Below are positions 10,701-19,049 of a stretch of 20,000 bases of DNA, piece by piece. The notes beneath the pieces are model-generated. The model was not told where the DNA came from. It saw nothing but the letters and a program-made list of their open reading frames with translations, and did not search any database. This DNA comes from Chiloscyllium plagiosum (taxonomy: Eukaryota). The stretch is from the NCBI RefSeq assembly GCF_004010195.1, contig NC_057753.1, positions 3,143,444 through 3,163,443 of the forward strand, in the 5' to 3' direction. Position numbers and translations under genes: made by a program. Each line of letters starts with the position of its first letter. The stretch's first letter is position 1.

Positions 10701-11794
10701 ATCGAGGCTTGTCAAGTAAAATACCCACTTATTAACCTTTTATTCTCAGACAAGAGGAAAATCATTACAGATCACTGTAAAAACCCTATAATACTAAACA
10801 CAATTAAGGCTTGGAATATAATGCGGCAAAATGAGGGTAATTCACATAAAACATCCCCCTATGCACCGATAGTGGGAGCATGGGGATTCCAACCGGGGTT
10901 AACAGATGCCACTTTTAAACTCTGGAGATCCAGGGGTATCTCATGTCTAGGGGATCTATTTAAAAATGGGGTCCTGATGTCTTTCGGATAGCTGCGTCAG
11001 AAATTCGGATTACCCAATGGAGACCTCTTTCGATTCTTCCAAATTCGAGATTTTATACAGAAGACTACGTTATTAGATAGTCTTTATAAATCCGATAGAG
11101 AATGTAGTGTCCTACGACCAGTGGGGGTATCTTCCGTCAGTAATATTTATCATTTGCTACATGATGAAGTATCGGGAGATATGGATAATCTGCTTAAAAC
11201 ATGGGATCAGGATTTGGGACTGGAAATCTCTATAGAAATGTAGAATGACATTTGGGAAAATGCCAGAAAAATTTCCATCTGCAACAGAACTCAGGCCATT
11301 CAGTTGAAGATACTTCATAGGGCCCATATAGCACCGGTTCGATTGGCAAAATTTAAGGCAGGAGCATCTCCAATGTGTCCCAAATGTAAAATAGAGGTGG
11401 GCACTCTTGTACATTGCCTATGGACCTGTCATAAGATCCGTAGATATTGGACTAAAGTAGCAAGTGCTCTGACAGAAATCTTAGGAACGGAAATTAGAGT
11501 GGACCCTGTATCTCTCCTTTTGGGCTTTTCGAACTTACCCTCCCTGGATATGTACGGGAAGAGATTATTTTCTATTCTCTCTTTCTGTGCAAGGAAAAAT
11601 ATTTTGGTAAACTGGGTGGCTGAGGGCCCCCCGGACTTTCAAATTGGCACAGGTTAATTATGGAATGTATTCCCCTTGACTTCCTTACAAATATGGTGCA
11701 CCAAAAGGCCGAATTATTTCATAAAATATGGCAGCCCTTCTTGAATTACATAAATACAGATATTTCGGCTAACCTAACAAGGGCTTTTATTTAA
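7779..11794 (+). pseudogene. L1 ORF2p (APE endonuclease, RT, C-terminal CCHC), disrupted; partly within the N gap
   Basis: Motifs WNVKG, LQETHL, GGDFN, ISDHA, GCRQGCPLSPLLF, YADD (10092-10103) and CPKCKIEVGTLVHCLWTC. Stops at 7977, 8325, 10989 and 11241. Frameshifts near the A-run at ~8930 and the C-run at ~11630. Ends ..WQPFLNY..RAFI*. Confidence 0.95.
9088..9939. other. Assembly gap (852 N) within L1 ORF2
   Basis: Run of N. Confidence 0.99.
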
Positions 11795-12130
11795 TTGAGA
11801 TTGCGAACCTGGCTAGTCCAGGGCCCCTTGGGAGAGGAATCCCGCATGAATACGGGTTTTGTTACATTTGATGTTAACACATTCCGAGCATGTATCTCAC
11901 TACCCAATTTCTGTATTATCCGTTGTTTTTTTTTCTTTCTCTTAGTTGAATAATGTAAGAGACTTAATTATACACTCTGGTTTTTCTGTTGTTAAATTTT
12001 GGTTATTATTTATTTAAGATTTAATTGTATATCAATGTTCGTACTTGAGAGTTTTGCTTATTTTTATAAACTTGTAAAAATGTTAAATTTCCAATAAAAA
12101 TATCTATAAAAAAAAAGAAAAGTACAGCAC

Positions 12131-12930
12131 AGAACAGGCCTTTTGGCCCACGATATTGTGCCGAGATTTAATCCGAATGTCAAACATAATAACTTAACCT
12201 CCGCTCCCCTCAACTCACTGCTATCCATGTGCATGTCCAGCAGATGCTTAAATGTCCCCAATGACTCTGCTTCCACCACCACCGCTGGCAACGCATTCCA
12301 TGCATTCACAACTCTCTGCAGAAAGAACCTACCTCTGCGGTCTCCTTTATACCTTCCTCCTAATATCTTCAAACTATGACCCCTCATACCAGTCGATCCT
12401 GCCCTGAGGAAAAGTCTCTGGCTATTGACTCCATCCATGCATCTCATTACCTTGTACACCTCTATCAGGTCTCCTCTCTTCCTCCTTCTCTCCAGAGAGA
12501 AAAGTCCGAGCTTATTCAACCTTTCTTCATAAGGCAAGCCCTCCAGTCCAGGCAGCAACCTGGTAAAACCTTCTTTGCACCCTCTCCAAAGCCTCCACAT
12601 CTTTCCTATAGTAGGGTGACCAGAACCGGACACAATATTCCAAGTGTGGTCTCACCAGGGACTTGTAGAGCTGCAGCAAAACCTCGCGGCTCTTAAACTC
12701 AATCCCCCTGTTAATGAGAGCCAAAACATGCTTTCTTAACAACCCTATCCACTTGGGTGGCAACTTTGAGAGATCTATGTACTTGCACACCCAGATCCCT
12801 CTGTTTCTCCACACTGCCAAGAATCCTGTCTTTAATCCTATATTCAGCATTTGAGTTCGACCTTCCAAAATGCATCAGTTCGCATTTATCAAGGTCGAAC
12901 TCCATCTGCCATTTCTCAGCCCAGCTCTGC
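12131..12930 (-). mobile_element. CR1-d body, 5'-truncated (~820 bp total with stub)
   Basis: ORF2 C-terminus WAEKWQMEF, LYKSLVRPHLEYCVRFWSP, LGLFSLERRR, FFLQRVVNAWNALP, plus the 3' UTR stem-loop. Confidence 0.93.
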
Positions 12931-12935
12931 ATTTA

Positions 12936-13373
12936 CTCGGACGTTGCTGAGAATGGAGGGTTTAAGTTATAGGGAGAGGCTGGACAGGCTGGGACTATTT
13001 TCACTGGAGGTTAAGAGGTGGCCTTATAGAAGCTTCTCAAGTCATGAGGGGCATGGACAAGGCAAATGGCAGATGTCTTCTCCATCAGATGGTGGATTCC
13101 GAGACTCGGGGGCAAATTTTCAAGATGAGAGGAGAAAGATTTTTTAAGACAGTGATTTTCTTTTTTACACAGAGTGGTTCGTGTGTGGAATGAACTTGAG
13201 AGGAAATGGCGGATGCGGGTGCAGTTACAACATTTAAAAGACGTTTAGAGAAGTACATGAATAAGAAAGGTTTGGAGGGATATAGCCCAAGCAGGCAGGT
13301 GGGACTAGTTTAGTTTGGGATTATATTCGGCATGGACCGGCTGGACCGTAGGGTCTGTATCTGTGCTGTATGA
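12936..13373 (+). mobile_element. CR1-c body and 3' end
   Basis: Encodes TRTLLRMEGLSYRERLDRLGLFSLE and FFTQSG..WNEL, and ends GGACCGTAGGGTCTGTATCTGTGCTGTATGA(CTC). CTC occurs at 6008-6010 and 13374-13376. Confidence 0.9.
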
Positions 13374-13376
13374 CTC

Positions 13377-13519
13377 TTAAATGCCCCGATCGTATCTGCC
13401 TCCACCAACACCCAGGCAGCGCATTCCAGACTCCTATTACTGTGTAAAACGTCTTGCCCCTCACATCTCCTTTGAACTTCCCCCTCTCACCATAAATGGA
13501 TGCCCCTCAGTATTAGGCA
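13377..13519 (-). mobile_element. CR1-a, remainder (5'-truncated end)
   Basis: TTAAATGCCCCGATCGTATCTGCCTCCACC...GGCAGCGCATTCCA continues from TGTGCTTATTTAAAAGTTCCTC (to 6010), in the same order as in CR1-d at 12228-12300. Confidence 0.85.
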
Positions 13520-13524
13520 TGTTA

Positions 13525-13600
13525 TCCACCCACTCAGTAATGAGGGGTTTGGAAACAGTGTCAGCTCTTACATGTTTACTGACAGCTTCCAGCCTGGCCT
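13525..13600 (+). mobile_element. L2-type RT fragment, right part (decayed YADD region)
   Basis: PLSN...VSSYMFTDSFQ resembles PLGDII..VSFHMYADDTQ, the motif expected just after GVP..LLF at 5594-5610. Confidence 0.6.
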
Positions 13601-13644
13601 CAGTGACCCTGGAAGTATCATAACTTTAAGATCACCATCGAGCT

Positions 13645-13715
13645 AAAGTAAAGGAAAAGGCCCTTTGGCCCATCGTATCTGTGCTGGTCATGAAAAAAAA
13701 ACACCTAGCTGTTCT
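13645..13715 (-). mobile_element. Very short CR1/SINE 3'-end fragment
   Basis: GAAAAGGCCCTTTGGCCCATCGTATCTGTGCTGG is the conserved CR1 3' stem-loop on the reverse strand. Confidence 0.6.
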
Positions 13716-14051
13716 ATAATATGACAGAAATTCAGAACAGATTATTCTAGTTTCTGTGAAACATTATTTCTCCTTTCATTTCCTCAGATCTATAAATACC
13801 CTGTCTCAAACGCATGTCCTCATCTTCCCTCTTGCTCACTGTTCCATTTTCAGGTCTTCTACGAGATTCATTCAGCGCAGTAAAGGCCCACTGCACCTAC
13901 ACAACTACCACGGAATGTACGCTCATCCCAATTTCCTGCACTTGTCCCTTACCTTTGAATGTTATGTTATTTGAAGTACTCATCCAAATTGTTTTTTTAA
14001 TAAGGTTATAAGGTTTGGGCCTCTGCTTCTCAGTGCTTTGCAGGTTCCCAC

Positions 14052-14781
14052 TGCAAGCGGGCATCAGACCGCCCTGCTTTTGACACGGGACTATGCCTAC
14101 ATCAGGAAACTATAAGAATTCATTTTGTGTTTTAAACAGCAGTCGCAGCTTTAAACCCACAGAACTCAGCAGCTGCCGGTCTGCCCACGTGACCGGGAGA
14201 TAGGAGACAGAGGACAGATCAAATCCACACTAGACCAACACTACCCATGACTCATAGACCAAAACTCCGGAATTAATTAATATGGAAACCCATCTCCGAA
14301 TCACATCAAGAGACTGACTGAAACACACCCATACCCATCGATACGGAACCATTCTGACACAAAGGACAGGCATCCACCAGACAGGAACGGACAGACCAAT
14401 ACACACCAACACCCCAAGGGAACAAAGGGGGGTGCTAGCCCCCTGCCCTCACAGAGAGAGACAAGCAGATAATACCCGGACCCGTTTTACATAAACCAAT
14501 TAGCACCCTATTGTGCGTGCCCTGCAACTCTCCTGGGACGGTAGGAAACAGTCTATTCGCACCTACTCCAGTGATGATGGGGAACTATCATCCCATTCAT
14601 CCTCAAATTCCACACATCCTGACAACTAAAAGTATATAATATGTAGCTGCGTGCGGGAACAGGACAGCAGCTGAGATTCAGACCTTGGTTGGTCTCCGCC
14701 GGCGTTACTGTAACAATAAACGTTACCGATTGTTGAACCGCACTCTGGGCTCGGACTGATATCATTTCATCCGCGCTAACA
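14052..14781 (+). mobile_element. Candidate solo LTR (730 bp; ERV class I or Gypsy type)
   Basis: Termini TGCAAGCGGG...CGCGCTAACA form TG..CA with an imperfect inverted repeat. 4-bp TSD CCAC at 14048-14051 and 14782-14785. CCAAT at 14496, TATATAA at 14633-14639 and AATAAA at 14715-14720. The CR1 host resumes after it. Confidence 0.82.
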
Positions 14782-15548
14782 CCACCATCTGCCGAGTGAA
14801 AATGTATTTTCCCAAACCCCCTGGGAATCTCCTGCTCCTTACGGTATCATGATTTCTCCCTCAACCAAGGGAACACCTGCTCTCTATTCACCCTCACCAT
14901 CTTATATCCCTCAATCGCCCCTCAGAATCCACACACGATCATACACTTGAAGAATTCTAACCAATTTGTTAGACGTGACCTCCCTCTGACAAAGCCGAAC
15001 TAAGTCACGCCTTGCCAAGTGGGCCTGAGTTCGCTTCTTCAGAATTTTCTCCAATAATTTTCCTACCACTGACATGAGACTCACCGGTCCATCTCTACCA
15101 CCCCTTTTCAACAGTGCAACCACATTAACCATCCTCCAGGCCTCTGGCACTTCCCCTGTGGCTAAACAGAAATTAAAAATTTGTATCAGAGCTCCTGCAA
15201 TTTCCTGCCTCGTCTCTACAGCAGCTTGGGATGCAATTACTCTGGGGACTTGGCAGTTCTTATGACCAACACAGCCTCCAATATCTCCCGATTTCCTATG
15301 TCAAACTGCGCAAGTTCCTCACAGTCCTTTTTCCTGAATTCCTTATCTACGTTGTTCTATTCTAGAGTGAAGACCGAAGAGAAGTCTTCATTCAACACCC
15401 TTCCAATATTCTGCGGCGTCACACAATTCTGAGGTGGCCCCTTTCATCCCTAACAGGCCCCATTCATTCCCTGTTTAACCTCTTCCCTTTAATAGGATTC
15501 TCCCTAATCCTGTTCGCAAGTCTTTTCTCATGCCCCTTTTTTGCTCTT

Positions 15549-16238
15549 AGAATTATAGAGATGTACAGCACGGAAACAGACACATCGGTCCAACTCATCC
15601 GTGATGACCAGATATCCCAACCTAATCTGATCCCATTTGCCAGCACTTGGCCCATATCCCTCTCAACCCTTCCTTTTCATATACCCATTTTAAAATGTTG
15701 TAAATGTCCCAGCCTACACCACTTACTCATATACATACCACCCTCTGTGCGAAAAAGTTGCCCCTTAGGTCTCTTTTATATCTTTCCCCTCTCACCCTAA
15801 ACCTATGCCCTCTAGTTCTGGACTCCCCGACCCCAGGGAAAAGACTTTGTCTATTTACCCTATCCATGCGCCTTATGGTTTTACAAACCTCTATGAGGTC
15901 ACCCCTCAGCCTCAAACATTGCAGGGAAAACAGACCAAACCTATTCAGCCTCTCTCCGGCAACACCCTTGTAAATATTTTCTGAACCCTTTCAAGTTTCA
16001 CAACATCTTTCCGATAGGATGGAGTCCAGAACTGCACGCAATATTCCAACAGTGGCCTAAACAATGTCCTGTACAGCCGCAACATGACCTCCTAACTCCG
16101 GTACTCAATACTCTGACCAATAAAGGAAAGCATACCAAACGCCTTCTTCACTATCCTATCTACCTGCGACTCACTTTCAAGGAGCTATGAACCTGCACTC
16201 CAAGGTCTCTTTGTTCAGTAACACCGCTATTCAGTGTA
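15549..16238 (-). mobile_element. Younger CR1 (HER1-like), 5'-truncated, ~690 bp
   Basis: Tail ATAGAGATGTACAGCACGGAAACAGAC and ORF2 end MRLRGDLIEV..FFAQRVV. It interrupts the old CR1. Confidence 0.9.
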
Positions 16239-16945
16239 TTCTAATTGCTTTCGTCAGTTCTTTCCTGCACTTCTTGTGTTCCTTTAGGGCCGCAGCTGAA
16301 TAGGCTTGAGAAAAGCACTACTCTTCTTCTTTACCCAGTCCTGAACTATCCTAGACACCCAGGGTTCTCTGAACCTATTGCTACTGCATTTCCCTCGAAA
16401 GGGTAGACGTTGGAGCTGCATTCTCCCCAGTTCCTTTTTGAATGCCACCCGGTTGCTCAGCTACACACTTACCCGCAAGGAGCCACTCCCAGTCTACTGT
16501 GGGATATACTTTGAATTAAATCTGTGCTTCGACTAATCCAAAGCCATCTTTTGCAGGCCATCTTTTTCTTTGGCCAAAACATAATTGAACCGCAGTACGT
16601 TGTGATTGCTATCACTAAAACAGCGCTCCCCCACTGCAACATGGAACATGAGTCCAGCTTCTTCCCTCAGAATCACAGCCAGCAATATACCATCCCTTAT
16701 TGGAGCTTCTACACATTGATACCAAAATGTCCCCAGATGCATTTTGAGAAATCCACCCTCATTACACCTTTAATACGATGGCTATTCAAAGTCATGTTGA
16801 GAAAGTTGAAATCCCCGAATACAATCACCTGATTATTACTCTCACACACTTGTGAGCTGCCTACATATTTGCACCTCTCTTTGACTCTTTGGGGGCATAT
16901 AATACACTCCCACTAAACTCGCTGCTCCCTTATCATTCCTAAGTT

Positions 16946-17453
16946 ATAGTGATAGAGATGTAGAGCACGGAAACAGACCCCTCGGTCCAACTCGTCCATG
17001 CCAACCAGATATCCGAACCTAATCTAGTCCCACTTGCCAACACTTGGCCCATACCCGTCTAAGCCCTTCTTATTCACATACCCATCCAGATGCCTTTTCA
17101 ATGTTGTAATTGCACCAGCCTCCACCACTTCCTCTGGCAGCTCATTCCATACTCGCACCCGAAACCTATGCCCTCTGGTTCTGGCCTCACCTTAATCCAG
17201 GGAAAAGACTTTGTCTATTTATCCTACTTGTGCCCATCATAATTTTATAAATCTCTATAAGGTCAGCCTCCAATGCTCCAGGGAAAACAGCGCCAAGCTG
17301 TTCAGCCTCTTGTTATAGCTCAAATCCTCCAGCCCCAGCAACATCCTTGTAAATCTTTTCTGAACTCTTTCAAGTTTCACAACATCCTTCCGACAGGAGG
17401 GAGACCAGAATTGCACGCAATATTCCAACAGTGGCCTAACCAATGTCCCGTAT
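16946..17453 (-). mobile_element. Younger CR1, same subfamily as 15549, ~510 bp
   Basis: Tail ATAGTGATAGAGATGTAGAGCACGGAAACAGACCC and TLVRPLLEYCVQFWSP. GTT at 16943-16945 and 17454-17456 is a possible TSD. Confidence 0.9.
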
Positions 17454-17862
17454 GTTCTCCCCACAAAGCCTTGTTTGATGACCACTCCAAGATATTGTCT
17501 CTCCTCACTGTAGTAACTGACTCCTTAATTAAGAGTGCACACCACCATCCTATTTACAAACTCCTCTGTTTCCCCTAAAGATTCTTTACTGCAGAATGTT
17601 GCGTTGCCAGTCCAGCCCTTCCCTCAAAAATATGTTGTGATGGCAACAATATCACATGTCCATGTGTCAATTCATGGCATTAACTCATCAGTCTTACCTC
17701 ATACACTCTCAGAGACACAGTTCACTGCATAGATATATCTTGTAAATGCATAATATTGCAGATACTGGAGACGAGGTTAGCTAACTGGGTGAAGGAAGCC
17801 ACTTTGAGACTGAAAGTTAACTGAAGAGAAATCCTGCGATTAACCAAATGTATAAACTCGTT

Positions 17863-18136
17863 AGGGGCTGCACGGTGGCTCAGTGGTTAGCACGGCTGCC
17901 TCACAACACACAGACCCGGGTTCATTTCCAGCCTCAGGCAACTGTCGTGTGAAGTTTGCACATTCTCCCGATGTCTGCGTGGATTTCTCCGGGTGTGCAG
18001 GTTATTGCCCATAGTGTTAAGTTCACTAGTCAAAGGGAGATGGGTCTGGGTGGGTTGCTGTTTGGAGGGACGGTGTGGACGTGTTGGGCCGAATGGCCTA
18101 TTTCCACACTGTAGGGAATCTAATCTAATCTGATCT
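17863..18136 (+). mobile_element. HE1/V-SINE type SINE with internal deletions
   Basis: A box TGGCTCAGTGG (17876-17886), B box GGTTCATTTCC (17919-17929), CR1-like stem GGGCCGAATGGCCT and an (AATCT)n tail. Possible TSD CTCGTT/CTCATT at 17857-17862 and 18137-18142. Confidence 0.92.
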
Positions 18137-18289
18137 CTCATTCTTTCTGACAGAAACCACGGTATGGAATTTAAAACAGGCTCGCAGAGTTTGAAGTTCA
18201 ACCCAGTCTTTTAATATAACTGCTGATTAATCATTAATTTTTCTGTTATAATTAATTGATGCTCACTGCTTATGTAATCACCTCTTTCT

Positions 18290-18788
18290 GATTGATTAGA
18301 TTAGTTAAAGTGTGGAAACAGGCCCTTTGGCCTGACAAGTCCACACCGACCCTCCGAAGATTAGATTAGATTAGATTACAGTGTGGAAACAGGCCCTTCG
18401 GCCCAACAAGTCCACACCGACCCGTCGAAGCAAAACCCACCCATACCCCTACATTTACCCCTAACCTAACACTACGGGCAATTTAGTATGGCCAATTCAC
18501 CTGACCCTGCACATCTTTGGATGGTAGGAGGAAACCGGAGCACCCGGAGGAAACCCACGCAGACACGGGGAGAACGTGCAAACTCCACACAGTCAGTCGC
18601 CTGAGTCGAGAATTGAACCCGGGTCTCTGGCGCTGTGAGGCAGCAGTGCTAACCACTGTGCCACCGTGCCGCCCACAACAGAAGAGCAACCCACACAGAC
18701 CCATTTCCCACACCTAACAGTATGGGCAATTTAGCATGGCCAATTCACCTAACCTGCAAATTTTTGGACTGTGGGAGGAAACCGGAAC
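18290..18788 (-). mobile_element. Outer SINE (18290-18360 plus 18686-18788), lacking its tRNA head
   Basis: Tail GATTGATTAGATTAG and ..CCGACCCTCCGAAGA resume as GCAACCCACACAGACCCAT..GGAGGAAACCGGA, then stop at the minisatellite. Confidence 0.85.
18361..18680 (-). mobile_element. Inner full-length, young HE1/V-SINE type SINE
   Basis: (TTAGA)3 tail, complete body and head GGGCGGCACGGTGGCACAGTGGTTAGCAC with B box GGTTCAATTC. TSD GAAGA at 18356-18360 and 18681-18685. CpGs are retained. Confidence 0.95.
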
Positions 18789-19032
18789 GCGAGAGCGAGT
18801 GACAGCGCGAGAGCGAGAGACAGCGCGCGAGAGAGAAAGCGCGAGAGAGAGAGAGCGAGAGAGAGAGAGATCGCGCGCGCGGTCTCTCTCCCTCCCGCGC
18901 GCGGGCGAGAGACAGAGAGCACGGGCGAGAGACAGAGAGAGCGGGCGAGAGACAGAGAGAGCGGGCGAGAGACAGAGAGAGCGCGTGAGAGACAGAGAGA
19001 GAGCGCGAGAGACAGAGAGAGAGCGCGAGAGA
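18789..19032. repeat. GA/CG-rich compound micro/minisatellite with ~20-bp units GCGGGCGAGAGACAGAGAGA
   Basis: About six 18-22 bp units at 18901-19032, preceded by (GA)n and (CG)n runs. Confidence 0.95.
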
Positions 19033-19049
19033 TACAAATATCTCAACAT

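Larger units (their letters stand above)
6050..12115 (+). mobile_element. Full-length L1-clade LINE (~6.07 kb including N gaps), inactivated
   Basis: Starts GGGGTTCCAAGATGGC and has ORF1, a spacer and ORF2. AATAAA at 12093-12098 and an A-tail at 12108-12115. Perfect 15-bp TSD AGAAAAGTACAGCAC at 6035-6049 and 12116-12130. Confidence 0.97.
13870..17740 (-). mobile_element. Old, heavily decayed CR1 LINE in four pieces (13870-14051, 14786-15548, 16241-16945, 17457-17740)
   Basis: Colinear 3' UTR, RT (PEAWRMVNVVALLK, PVSLMSVVGKLLE), tether (AKKGHEKRLANRIRENP) and APE (SDSNHN, VIVFGDFNF at ~16802-16830, KTDEL..CDIVAIT). The pieces rejoin across the insertions. There is a large internal deletion near 14925. 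Confidence 0.82.

Noticed and set aside
8975..10991. 322-aa and 669-aa ORFs
   Set aside because: Their lengths are artefacts of the 852-N gap; the real parts are L1 ORF2.
12116..12930. L1 3' transduction of CR1 sequence
   Set aside because: The TSD closes immediately after the A-tail, so the downstream CR1 is the pre-existing target.
12064..13377. Head-to-head CR1 junction at ~12931 as a twin-priming inversion of a single element
   Set aside because: The two arms overlap in ORF2 coordinates and have different tails, and the plus arm continues at 6011-6028 with ATTTA duplicated. This is nesting.
14571..14760. C/D-box snoRNA (GTGATGA at 14571, CTGA downstream)
   Set aside because: There is no convincing terminal stem or recognisable guide, and it lies inside the candidate LTR; the GATGATGG..CTATCATC hairpin alone is insufficient.
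17864..17935. tRNA genes (also at ~100-169 and ~18605-18674)
   Set aside because: The A and B boxes belong to SINE heads that continue into a SINE body and tail.
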